DNA of 54,697 nt, taken from NCBI GenBank assembly GCA_027604505.1, contig JADIIX010000145.1, positions 1 through 54,697 of the forward strand, given 5' to 3'. The notes under the pieces are model-generated. The model saw only the letters and a list, made by a program, of their open reading frames with translations, ran no database searches and was not told the DNA's origin. Below, piece after piece: positions 39,505-52,468 of this stretch (its first letter is position 1; each line of letters begins with the position of its first letter). This DNA comes from Gonapodya sp. JEL0774 (lineage: Eukaryota). Position numbers and translations under genes: made by a program.

Positions 39505-42500
39505 TCAGTAGAAGAGTGTGGAAATCCACTTGATGTCGATGAGGACATACTTTAACGCCTTGGTCCACTGCTCGTCGTTGAACTGTAGGCGGATAGGCGT
39601 GTCACCAATTTTGTCCTTGCTTATCCTGCATACAGTATGAGGTAAAAAAGAAAAGTGTATCAAAGGTTCAATCCTCTCGTGGTACAGTTTCGCCACTAAC
39701 CGGTAAGGTAACTTAAAATTAGGATCATCTTTTTCAAGTGACTCTCCAAGTTGTTGAAGGCAGTTGAGGAAGGCGAGCAATGCATTGTCGAACCGGCGGT
39801 AAACAAATAGGCGGGTTAACGAATTGTTATCAGAGCCGAAGCTGTGGGGTAAAGGCAAGGTTCCGGAAGTATTTACGGATGTAGGGGAAGAACGAATGCG
39901 ATATGGTGCGATATGGAGAGTGACGTATATGGGTTTGCGGTGGACCCTCTCCACTTGATAGGGAAAATTTGCTCACAACTCATACACGGCCTTCTCCCCC
40001 TCGATCCTCTCTATCCTGCTGAAACTTCCATTCGGAATAAGCTTGTAACTTGAGGATTTGGCAGTTGCGGAGTAAGTGGTCGAGTTCGACCAAAGGTTTA
40101 GGTTGGAGGAGGGTGTGTTCGACACGAGTTCGTCACCTCATCGAATGACAAGACACCTTACGTTTTGAATTTGAAATTGAGCTTCTTGGCGAGGGTATAG
40201 AGTAGCAGAAGCGTCTGACCCAGAGCAGCATTGATCTCACTCCAGTCCACCTGATGAAGTCAGTAATGTGAGATTGGCCTGAGCAATCCGCTGTACAAAC
40301 GCAAGCGACATGTGCCAGCAGATTTGCGCACTCACGGGTTGAGAAGGAGGAAGTCTACCCAGCCTGAAACCTGGTCAAGCAATTGATATGGTGGAATGAA
40401 CTGCAGGTCTCCGTGCAATACACGGCATCAGTAACTTGCTCACCATTGATGGTACCAAACTGTCCCTCTGCATTGTTTACCAAAGAAATAGCACCAAAAT
40501 GGATTATCCATTCATTCCCTTCTCGTTCTCTGCACTACAATCCAACCCACCGTGCCATATTCGAAAAGTGTCATTGTACACATTTGTCCTTTGCAGTCTC
40601 TCAAGCTGTCGTTGAGCGTGCTCTACGGCGTACATCACCGAATCACGGTCGGAGGCAAATTGGAGCGATTCAAGTTGGTGGGAGGTAAGGTCGCGCCAAT
40701 AACTGTGTAAGTCGATAGACCACAGATTGTTGCATGGAAGTTGCGAAAGCACGAAAGTTTCAGAACAGATGACGACACTGTGCCTTGTTCAAAATGCCCA
40801 TTTTACTTTGTTCGCAGCACGTGATTGTACCTTTGTTTCGGCCCTCCGTCCATACTCCTCGTGTCAAAACAACTCACTTTTCTTCCGCCTCATCCACCGC
40901 TTTACCCTCGAGCTCCAGTCTTGCGATCTCGGCGCGGAGTTTGTCGTTCTTCGCAGCAATTTCCGCAAGTGATGCCAGAGACTGTCGCTCAGCGGCGTAG
41001 AGCTGGAGAGTTGGGTACGCCGACGGATGGATGGCATGCATAGAAGGGAACGAGTGTGGTTAGAGGGACAGCAGGACAGGGTCATTAGCGAAGTGGATAG
41101 ACAACAGTCCCGTCGCATTCACACGTCTATCCAAAGGTACGCGCAAGCGCTCAAAGTGATTTCAAGACGAGCCGCACCTTCCCCCGCCTCCAACAGCCAC
41201 AATCGATGTAGTTTACTTCACGTTCTCACCACTCTTGTCGCCAAGCGTGTATCTCTTCACTCACCATGGCAATCTCCTCTTCAATTCTCTGCGACTCAGC
41301 GGGAGTTTCAAAGTGTCCGGAAATCGATGAGGTCAACTGTCCACTATCGGCAGCAGTCCCAGTTCCGACAGGTTCGCCCGCTATCCCATCTAGCTCGGCT
41401 AAAAATCCCGTGTATTTCTCCAATTCTTCATTTGCCTCCGCCAATTTCTTCTCCAATTTATGTAGAAGCATGTCCGCGCAGTCCTGGCACAACGGGTGGT
41501 CGACAGGTGAGTCCAGAGATGAGGAGGAAGATGAGGACGAGCGAGCAGACATGATGTCAAAGAGGCGTTGGGCGACGCGCAATCGGTGGGAGAGGGAAGA
41601 CGCGGGCGGAGGGTGGGGTGATGGATGGTTCTGGGTGTTGGGGGATGCGCCTGAGAGACGTTTGAGATGAAGAAGCGGAGTGAGGCAAGATACAACTGCA
41701 GAGCAATGCTTCGCTTTGTTTCCTTTCCGGGAAACTTTGCATAGTGTACTGTCTCTTTCGGTCAGCTATCGCGGAGGGTGAATCCTGAGCTCAAAGGAAC
41801 AAAAGAGAACCCCACCACGATCAAAATAGGATTCCGTTCATTTTCAAATCTGCACCTCATGCAAAAGTTTCCCCGGTGCCCAACACTCTTCGTTCCAAAC
41901 TCAGGAACTCTGGTGTTACTTGCACAGGTTGCTTGTCTGATCGATAAGATTCCACTCCTCTATTTTCTTTGCTTTAGCCACCGAGTACCAAGACTCGGTG
42001 GTACATGAGATTCAATGAGGCGTGATTCCCTGTTCGCGACCGTGGCCTCGGCGTGTCCTCTTGGATTCCGCCAGTCTCAACACACGCAACCACCACTCAC
42101 CGGCCCTCAGTGACGACGAAGAGTCCGCGAGATTGATATGGCTACTTAGATGTTGACGCGATGATGGGTGATGCGAATGAGGTAAGACGGCGGCTGAGCG
42201 TGAAAGCATGATGAAAGAGTCTGCCTGGGCCGAGTGTCCCGCCGTACCGCCTCCCGTGGTTCTGTAACCAGCACCACCACCCGAGGAAGGACCATCACCG
42301 GTACCCGCTCCACTAACGCCGGCGGTACCGAGACCAAGATGTGTGGATCCCCCACGCAAGTCGATATTTGAAAGGGAGGAGACAGCCATTGCATAACGCG
42401 ACCCGAGTGTATTTTCGAGGTCAGCTTCCCGGCTTGAGACAAAATCGTAGTTGTAGTTTCCAGTGAAATTGGCATGAGAATCTTCGAGCCCGAGAACGGC

Positions 42501-42614
42501 AGAATCGAGCATTTGTGGGTCGATGTTTCTCAAGGGTTGCGCGCACGACTGACACAGAAAGGCAGCGGGAGAAGTCGACAAAGTAGGCGCAGGTACCGTG
42601 CTCGTGGTCGACAT
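39505..42614 (-). CDS. ATG6: Autophagy protein Atg6/Vps30 (Beclin-1)
   Basis: FLCQSCAQPL, DSFIML, VDHPLCQDC, coiled coil, LQRTNVYNDTFRIWH, FGTINGFRLGRLP, VDWSEINAALGQ, FDNALLAFLNCL, LPYRI, EQWTKALKY. Confidence 0.95.
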
Positions 42615-44524
42615 GACTGCGGGTGCGTGAAGGGGGGGAAGAACGGCTTCGGTGGTGTGCGGGATAGCTGATGTGATCGCCAGGGAGGAGTCCACAGAAT
42701 ATGAGGGAGGGTCTGCCGGTCTCACGATAACCGGCACGCTTTACTATTATTGATTTGAACTCGTTTAGCCCAAACAACCATCAAAACAAATCAACACCGA
42801 CAGTCACTATTATGTAAGAATTCAACTGCGGATGGACAAAGATGGTCCTGGTAGATCCTACACTCAGTCCAATGTGAGCGACAGAGTTGAAGCGGAACCA
42901 CGAGGCGCTCAATTGTATCTTTGCGAGTTCGGGACGGGATCCAATAAGACAATCCAGGAGGCAGGCCTAGCTGAGATGGGGAGGAACCCTCCTCAAGTTC
43001 GTATCGAAGGAGTTTTGGAGCTGTGTCGTTCTGAAATTGTTATGTACTTCATCCTCCATTTCATGATTACAACCAACTTCTCAACTTATTTACCCGTCAA
43101 CTATGCACCACGTGCTGCCCCAATGCAATGTTACCCGTCTTGTACGCCAAGCTATCGGAGGCTTTCCACCAACGACCGGAGTGTGAATGGTTTTTTATGG
43201 TCAGAGCATCTGAAATGGAATCCTGTTATAATCCCAGAAATTTATTCGTAAGCATTTTTTCGGAGCGGGAATCTGGCCAATTCCGGGGCGCCATTCCGGA
43301 GGGAAGGTGGTGGGGTTCATGGAATGTTCGGCACAAAACCCAATTCGGAGATTCCTACAAATAGGAATCATTTCATTCCTGCACACCATTGGATCTCCAG
43401 CATAGTCATCTGTCATTCCATGCAGCAATGTCCCGCCAATCCCGTTGTTGGAAGCGCGTTCGCCCAGTTCCCCCAGGTGACTTGTGCGGAAGCGCCGGGT
43501 GTGAAGATGAATCGTATGCGTTCAACAAGCCAGCGCCAAAGGTCACAATCACGCTAGATGTGGAAATGAGTTGAAGTGATACAGGACGCTTCCATACAGA
43601 AGGACAGTGTGGTTGGGGGTTGCTGTGCTGATTGACGAACTCCATCTTTCAAGACAAATACGACAGTAAGAGTGTAAATTCGTATCATAGAGGTATTACA
43701 TAAGCGGACTTCCCATCTTTCGAGGCCATTATGAGCTCATTTGCATCTGGATGAAACGGCAGTCACACTTTGTGACTTCTACCGACTTTTCTTGCGTTTC
43801 AGATACTACCGCTGTCTCATCTATCTCCGGCGTCGGGCAACGTGATCTGTTCCTTGTGTTTTACTGACTTTCGAGACGGCGCTCTCTTATGACAATGTCT
43901 CTGACCTCTGCCATGTGAGTTTGGAACTCTGTTCTGCTACGCTTTCGCCGTCTTGCCAACCCGCGCCTCATGTTGTCACTCACAGGGGTCACGGCTGGTC
44001 TTCCTTGTCACTGGGCGTTGCCCCGAATCCACATACCACCCTCAACGTGCAGTGTCGCTGCTGTACGGAACTTTGGGTTAGCGTATTCGATTTCGGGAAT
44101 CAATAGCGGTCAGAGAACCTTGGTTTCCTATGGGGACTGGGAGCACGTTACCGTGGCCAGGTCGGCCGATGAATTTGTGGCGAGAGTACAATGGATTCAT
44201 TTTATTGTGAAAGCACTCACCGCACACGCTTCTGGTACGCGGTCATTCTTTTTCGGACGAGGCACAAGAAGAAGAAGCTGATGAGGAAAAATGGTGACAA
44301 GGGTGAGCTGTACCTGGTGTCAGTGAGGAAGTACTACGGGATTGAGATGATTGAACAGAAGAACATTCTTTCACTGTACATTGTTGGTTATGTAATATCC
44401 ATTGGCTTTTATTTGGGATAGTTTAAGGTAAATCGCGAGTGCAGATGTGCTTTTCCAAAGGGAGCGTGACTCCCCGAACCAACGCACTGTGGTGGTATCC
44501 CCCCATTTCTGTTATATTTTCATC

Positions 44525-46090
44525 ATGGCCGCCGTATCAATCACGTATGGTCTCTCTTTGTTTTGCGTTCTTTTAAGCCCACTCGTACTCTATCTTGTCC
44601 TTTCATTCGATGCATCCTCTTGCCGACCATTTTCCCCAGAAATGTCGAGGTCCATGGAAACCCATCCATGTTCAAGGACCCTTTCAGGTTTGAGATCACT
44701 TTCGAATGCAACTTAGAGCTTAAGCATGGTCTGTTGGTCTGGGGCTCTGGTGTGCCACTGGTCTTGTCTTGATCACTCACTGATTTGGACATCCTCCTCT
44801 TTTCCCATTTGATTCGGACGAATCACCGCCTATTTTCCACTCATCATCCATTGTCTGACGTCGATCTGTCATTTTGCGTTCTCTTGAATGGCGTTTCATT
44901 CCTTATTCGCCCGCGTTACGGACTAAACCATGCGATGGCTCACTTCGGTCTGAACACGGCAACTCTACCTCGACCCACATTCTATCCCCCCATTCTTTCT
45001 CTTCTACTTTACTTCTCCTTGTCCCTTCTATGTACTTGTCAATTCCCGCATATTTCAGACCTGGAGTTCAAGGTCATTTACGTGGGTTCCGCGGAGTCGG
45101 AGTCCCAGGATCAGGAACTCGACTCGATCTTGGTCGGGCCCGTACCTGTAGGGGTGAACAAATTCATGTTTGAGGTCAGTTTCTGACTGTCAAAACCACG
45201 GAAATCGAAGTCGACCGGACTGGTTGGCAGGAGGACTGCTCCTGCAAAGGAAGGAGATTGAGATGTGACAGTTCTCGCTTCATGTGACTGATTTGACATG
45301 AACGATGTGGTATTGGGCCATTGCGTCGTCAAGCAAAGTTCACATCCGACAACCCCCCTGGGAGCTGCAGCACGTGGTGTTCGCCATTCGTGACTCACAT
45401 ACACACACCGCCTTCTTTCTTTACCTATCGCGACAATCTAACCTAACACTACACCATCTCCTCTCCCAGGCGAACCCCCCCGACCCCACCAAACTCCCCC
45501 ACGACGATATTGTTGGTGTCACTGTCATCCTCCTCACTTGCCTGTATGAAGGCAAAGAGTTCGTGCGCGTCGGATATTACGTCAACAACGAGTACGCTGA
45601 CGAAAAGATGAAGGAGAATCCTCCAGAGACGATTCTGTTTGACCAGCTGACCAGAAACATTCTGGCAGACAAACCCAGAGTGACCAGGTTCAATATCGAG
45701 TGTGAGTAAGAAGTTTCACTGGAAGAGAGACGGTGATCCGGAAACTTTCGGGTAGTACTACCTCGCGCTCTTTCGAATTATTGGGTTGGTAGTACCTCTG
45801 GACAGAGTTTACCGCTGGGAGAGAACGTTGCCAAGGCTGACTCTACAGCCCGCCACGGTAAACATATTGGCAAGTGACCGGACTCCGTCTGTCTCTCCGC
45901 GTTTGTTTGGCCTGCCACGGACTACCGATCATGTCTCACGCTCCACACTCCACCATCTTATTCCTTCCCGTGGGACCTCTCGTTCGCAGGGGACACCCCG
46001 CTTCCCACCGCCGAAGCGGGAACCTCAGACGAGGCCATGGACACCACACCGGATGGTCCGGCGGCAGCCGCAATCGGAGTGGGTGTGTAA
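44525..46090 (+). CDS. ASF1: Histone H3-H4 chaperone Asf1
   Basis: [94 protein letters not shown]. Four introns. Confidence 0.96.
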
Positions 46091-46516
46091 GTGGGTGGAG
46101 GACGTGTGCGGTAGTGGCCGATCGTATGGCAGTCGGGGAATCGGATAGTGTGGTGGGCCACGGGGTGGGGCGGCAAAGAGAGGTGGACAGGGTGAAAGGG
46201 CAGGGGGTGAGAAGCAACAAGAAACTCTAGCACATCTCTATTAAATTCTATTGTTGGGCTCGGTTGGATCGGATTGCAAATACCATCAGTTTTTCTTTGT
46301 TTGTTGATTGATTCGTTTCATTTCTGTTTCCGAATATTGACAGACGGAATCAGCAGGGAAGGGGGGGGAAAGGTGGTCGCAATGGACTGATAATTTCCAG
46401 CTTCCAACGAGCTCAAAAGAAAATATGGGCGTTTTCAATGTATGTGCAACACCATCCGCTAAACCATCACCACTCGTCGAACCATTGACGAGTCGCGACC
46501 GCCTACAACACCTCGA

Positions 46517-48045
46517 CTACATCTCCTACGCACTCCCCCGCAAACCCACAAATTTACTACTTTCGTGGGTGGAAAAGGGAACGGGGAAGGGAGAGAAAGA
46601 GGGATGGCAACACAACGTTAACCTCGCACCACCGGCAAAACATTGCGCCTTTGCATCAACACTTTCACCACACGTACCTCCAACCCGGGCATATCGTCCG
46701 CACCCTCACCTTCCACCACGGCAGACGCAGCTCCGGCACCACCCTTGATCTTTTGCAGATCCTTGCGGTCGAGGAGGGCCTTGCGGTCCTTGTCAAGCTT
46801 GAGCTTCGTGATCACCACTTTCGAGGGGTGGATGGGGATGGGGACGGTTTGGCCTGGAGGAGGCGAGCGGGCCGGGGAGGGAGGGTGGGGTGGTGGAGGA
46901 AATGAAGGTGAGTGGCAGGTTCAATGCTTCGAAATGTTGCTTGTCTTATGGTTTAGGTGGATAGCTATCTTCTTGCAACGTATCTTCTCACTGAAATACG
47001 GCTTGGCTTGGGACAGCGAGCCATGGATTCCGCCACTAATCCACTCAATCACATTCACGTGGTTCCAGCTCGAACACCGTAACACCGGCAAAAGACCTCT
47101 CCGCCGTCTTCAGCCTCCTTCACATCTGCAAACTCACCGTTTACCTTCTCCCTGGTGACGCGCTCAACGTAAATGATGAACCGGCGACGGTAGACCTGTA
47201 GGACCTTTCCGTCGCGGCCCTTGAAGGAACCGCGGATGATGGAAACCTCATCGTCTTTGCGGATGGGGACAGAGCGGGCCTGCAAATGTAGATGAGGGGG
47301 ATTGAGGGTTGGTCGGTTGGTGAGGTGTTGGGGAACGAAAGTGCGGGATATCAGCACGAAAGTTGCTGCAGTGAGATGAAAGCTCCCGTGCTACTTTCTT
47401 CGCAGAGAACAGGCTGTGTCGCCATTTAGGCTGTTTGGTGCCTTGAACAAGGGAAGCTCGTGCAAGTGACGTCTCCACCCAGTTCCTGAACTGTTGAGAC
47501 AGGAGTCCATCCTATTAGTCCCGGCCACCGTGACTGCGATGGCTCCAGATGATTCTCGAAGACCCTCGATCCATTGAAGTTCGTTCCTGGTACAACAGAG
47601 TCTTGTGGAATCCTACTCACGTGGTACTTTTCCCGCAGTTCCTTGGACAAGGCTGCACTCATGATGACCCTCCGAACGCTGGACGGAGCCGAGAAGTGCG
47701 CCTTACGGGACTTTCTCCTGGAGGACGAAACTGAGGTTTGGAGGTGTGGGGGAGGGTGGTTGATGAGCATTGGTGCGGTGCTTAGGGGGACAAGACCGCG
47801 TGCACGAGGAGTCGATGCATTTTCCATAGCAAGTCATCCGATTCCAATGTCACCAACGGAGCTGAGAGAGCGCCTTCCTTGTTTCCTTCGGCCTTGCGTG
47901 TCCTTGGTCCTTTCTGGTCCTTGTCAGCGGTCGCCTTCGCCTTTCCCCAACCTTCTGCCATGCTTTCTTCCTCGAGTCCGTGTGCAGTTCCTGTCGAGGA
48001 TGGAGAGAGTGGGAATGGACACACACCGTCAGAAGACTGCTTCAT
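46517..48045 (-). CDS. RPL26: 60S ribosomal protein L26 (uL24)
   Basis: [78 protein letters not shown]. The last intron and 9-nt terminal exon (EM*) are inferred; without that splice the stop is at 46618. Confidence 0.96.
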
Positions 48046-48178
48046 TGTGCGGTGGATGGATGTGCGGGATGGTTGGATCTGTCCAAGGAGGCCGTGTGGG
48101 GTGTGCACACCACCTTTCCCACTGCCAACGGTCTTGTATGACTCTGTCATTCCACACCCTCGATTCAAATCCCCACAA

Positions 48179-49357
48179 ATGTCAGCCAAAACAAAGGCTC
48201 AAGCACCGGAACTCAAGAGGTACTGGACTTGTTTGTCCCATTTTCCGTCTCATAAATGGGACCTCAATGACCAATCCCTCCCTAAGGTACATGGACAAGC
48301 ATGTCTTTATTCAGCTCAACGGCAACAGGAAAGTCACGGGCATTCTCAGAGGTGCGTTGTGGGCAGTATCAAGTGTGACACTGAAGACAGTCGGGACTCT
48401 GTATGAAGGGTCGGGGACTCCCAATGGAGCTTGGAACCTGAGGTGCTCAAAACGAGTGTTGCTGCGCTTTCCACCCAGCACCCCAGTTGAGACCTCTTCG
48501 CGCCACAATTGGTTAGCCTACGTAATGAATCGACGCCCGGTGGCCGTTTCAGCTTCAAAGATAGAGAGCCGGAAAACATATGACAGGCTGCTTTCTCGGA
48601 ACTCCAACTCGCTAATACTGTCACATAAATCTCTGATTTGATTTCTGCCCTATTCCTCCTACAATTCTCTCACTGTCCTCGCAACTACCTTGTCACCTCA
48701 ATCCTCACCACACCTCCCATTTCCTCTCAGGCTTCGACCCCTTCATGAACATTGTGCTCGACGAGACTGAAGAAGAGGTCAGCCCGACTGTGAAGAACAA
48801 GATCGGAATGACGGTGAGTTAACTCTCTTACTCTCAATCTTCACTCCGTGACAGCGGCGCTGCAGGGCTGGGGTGATGTGTTATGCGGAATGGACGGAAA
48901 CAGTGGCTGGTGGTCAGTGGATGGAGCTCAAAAGGATGGAATCCTGGACAACCGGCATGGCGCAAGTCGAAGAACGCGAAGCAACAGTTGGTCGAACGTA
49001 CATCCCACCTCCGATTCCTCGACTAGTCGTGGACCGCAGTCGGCCCGATTCGGAAGTAATTCCACCTATCCCTCGATCATACTGCTTTTGGTGGGCGGAG
49101 TTGCTAAAGGCGACAGGAAATGGGTGTCCGTTGGTGCCATGCCCTAAATCGGGCGCAATCACCAAACCAGCACGGCTCCACCTTTACCCACGCTTTGCAC
49201 CTTCTTCAATTTTTGGAGGTCGTACTCAAGTTGACCATCCCTCCTCACTTCTCTCTCTTTCCATTCCCTCCCAACTCTCACTCCTTCCAACCAAAAGGTT
49301 ATCCGCGGGAACTCGGTGTTCCTCATCGAGGCTCGTGAGCGGATAACAAATAACTAG
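48179..49357 (+). CDS. SMX2: Small nuclear ribonucleoprotein SmG
   Basis: [58 protein letters not shown]. Three GT-AG introns. Confidence 0.95.
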
Positions 49358-50706
49358 ACGATCTGTTTTGGATGTGGTTTCTTGCTCGGAAGATGGACGG
49401 TGTAGGGTGGTTGTTTTGAGGTGTGGGTTGTGTGGGATGTGGCATGGCACGAAACAGAATTGAACACAGTTGATGAAGCCGCACTCGTGCCAGTCTGGGA
49501 ACGATTTGGTGAACTCGGACATGTTGATCCGACGGGTGGTCCGTTTGACTTTGGTCGAAAGTGGACGTTGTGCCCTGGGAACATTCGGGTCGCAGGCCCC
49601 GCGGGAACGTTTGCATTGTACAGTTAGATATCGACGGAGACACGGACATCGTGGGTGGTGTTTGTCACTGTACTTGACGAAATATATGACGCACATAAAG
49701 CGATCGTTGGGAGGTGTGAGAGAAAGGAAGGGAAGGAAGAAGTTCGGGTTTGCTGAATTGCTTCGAGAACTACACGTTCACGAGGAGCAACTTTCTTATT
49801 CGTCAAATCAAATGCCTCATCGAAGTTCTGGTGGGCAGGCAGGCCATTTTTTTCTGCCTGATCAAACGTATGCATTGATTTGATGATCGGAAGTATGCAT
49901 CTGCAACAGGGACATGCACCGCTGCCCAAGAGATTATGAGGTCACTCCCAAGTATGTTAAGGCTCCTTAAATCATAGTGCTAGGTGAGACGTGCTTGTCT
50001 CCAAATCTTTGTTCACCGCCTTCCAGGTCCATCCTCGCAATTGTCCGTTTCATATCAGGCAAGACTCGCATCGACACCCCCTACCAACACAGTTCTCCAC
50101 CCGACTTTCAAGTGTAACTTGTCCCATTTCGTCGATGGCAAAATATGCAACACAAAGTATAAAATTTGCTGCCCATCAGTGTTACAAGGAGGATCGCAGC
50201 GAGATCAAGAAAATAACTTGCCTGAAAATAGAGGAATAGCCCATGGCTGGAACCTACGGAGTATACCTTGCAAAGTCCAAAGTCCATATTCAGGACCAGA
50301 ATTTGAGACAATGAAGGGAAGAGATCAGAAACAAAAACCTCAAGTAAAAGCAAATGATACTCTCGTGGTTATGGATGGTGCAACGTCTTTTCTCCAGCAA
50401 GCTTCACCCCCTCATTCACACCAATCTCCTCCTTTTTATCCTGAGCTCGTCGTCTTCGTAAACGTCACCACTCCTCACCCTCTTGACGCCCGCCACACGT
50501 CCAACGGTCCAATATGTGCCCCTGATCGCGTCTTCAACAGTGCTCTGGCTTTGATATTCTGAATGATCTGCTGGCATTATCGATGGTGTCATAACAGTCG
50601 GCGGGGTCCCGCTCGGTCGGGTGGGTCGTAACTCTAAGGAATTCGAAGCAACTTGTGAGTCTTGAACGATGGAGGTGTGAGAGACTTCGTCAGGGGCAGG
50701 CTCTTG

Positions 50707-52468
50707 CTAAGACGATAAATGGGACAGTGTGTCGGGTTCGGAAGTGGAGGGGGATCGTTGTCGGCGGCGTGGTGTCCTCGTCTGCAGCAACTGGTATACA
50801 TCCTGAAGAGCTTGTTGCCCACGTTCGTCCTCAGTCATTGTGCTTCTCTCAAGACTTGTCATGGCAGAAGTTGCCCGTGGCCGCCGTCTTCGCGGAGTTT
50901 CCAGAGGAAGGTGTTCTGCTTCTCTGGAAGAGGGCTTTGAAGTGGTAGAGGATGCTCCAGGTTCTGTTCCCGTAGACCTTTGTTGTTGTCTCAACTTGCG
51001 AGATGTCGGTGAACTTGTCGATTTGGAATTGCCACGACCCTTGGCCTTCTTAGATGTTTCTCTCGGTTCACTGGGTTGAACTTCGGTGTCGCCGCTACGT
51101 GAGAAGAAAATGCGCCAGAAAGGTGGTTACTTAAGCGACTGATTGAAAAATGCAGAAGAGATTGGACAATAAGGGGTTCAATAGGTGCTCACACAAGGGT
51201 CGAAAACACTTTGCGACACCGGGCGCTTAATTTCTCGTTCGGAGCAGAATCTCCAGGTTCAGCACCCCAAACAGACTTGCGTTTGGCTTCCTGCCTGATT
51301 TTCTTTGACTGCTCCAACATTCGGTAAGGTATGGCACGGGTTGCTGCACCAAGATCTGAATAGGGAAATTGCACAGGTCAAAATATGATCTGGATACCGG
51401 GTAGAAACAATAAAGCAGAGCACTCACACTTGCGTGCTTTCAGGAACACTCGATAAGTTCCACAAACTTTGGAGAGTGGTGCCGGAAAGGTGCCGGTGCC
51501 TTTCGGAAACTTTTTCCGTTCCGGTGTTGGTGAGGGTCTGCGCTCAGATCATTTGGGTTAGGTACGGAAATGGGAACAAACAGCGACATCAACGCTCACC
51601 TGGGAAACGTGTGAAGTGCAACACCTGTGCGAAAGAGCATATTGCTGGGAATCGTCGGAGCCATCGAATCGATCTTGGGGTCGGTGCATCGTGCCTGTGG
51701 ACGGGAGAAATCGCGAGGTTTAAATTTCTCAAAATCCCGACCGTATTTGCGATTCAAATAAGCGATCGCGCCTCCATCCCACTTCCTCCCAAATTTGAGT
51801 TCTGTAGAGCCCGAAGCACAAACGTCATCGACAGGTGTGCGACCGAGCCGCCCCCACGGGCCTTCGTAGTAGTTCCTGGAATCGCGCCCGCCAGGCCTCG
51901 GTGCTCCGTGAGAAGCTGCGCTCTTCCGCTCTGTGAGATCGGCTAACACGTGGACTGACGCGTCTCCGCTTTGTTTTTGGCTTTTGTGTTTTTTGATGTT
52001 TTTGCCTTTTGAAGTTTTGTAAATTTTTTTGGCTTTTCGCGGTCTGGTCGCATAGAAGACAAAGAAAAGAAAGGGAATGAGCGACCAGAACCACATGGGA
52101 ATGGGGGGGACGAGAGAGGTAGGGATTTCGACAAAAAACAACAAGGAAAATAGGGAGAGGGGGCACAGAAGAGGAAATGAGGTGGGACAGGCATTGTGAG
52201 AAGATTGGAGAGAGGGGAAGAGGGATGTAGCGGGGATTGTGAGGTGGGGAAAGGAGATGTAGGAAGTGACAAGGGGAGAGAACGAAACAAGAAGCAAAAC
52301 CCCGACAAACGCCAGCAGACAAAAGCAACCGCTTGCCATCACATAGCGACACCCAATTGAGCTTGCCAGGCGGTCCTGTGAGGTAGTCGTAGACGCCGGC
52401 GTTTTTGGGATGGCGACAGCGGATCTGGCGGAGCGGGCAGAAACAGAAGAGCACGAGGCAGAAGGCAT
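50707..52468 (-). CDS. Hypothetical basic, low-complexity protein (5' end unresolved)
   Basis: Three canonical introns (51538-51599, 51356-51427, 51095-51192) join four segments into one open frame ending ...SEPDTLSHLSS*. The start could be ATG 51664, 52468 or further upstream. Confidence 0.5.

Noticed and set aside
47574..48641. 355-aa + strand ORF
   Set aside because: Chance read-through across the antisense RPL26 exons, the shared promoter and one SmG exon; only the [21 protein letters not shown] part is real.
44730..49297. Possible intronic snoRNAs in the long ASF1, RPL26 and SmG introns
   Set aside because: I found no convincing box C (RTGATGA) and box D (CTGA) pair with terminal stem on the sense strand by eye; H/ACA RNAs cannot be excluded without a search.
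49400..50620. ORFs of 80-190 aa downstream of SmG
   Set aside because: No recognisable domain or consistent splice model.
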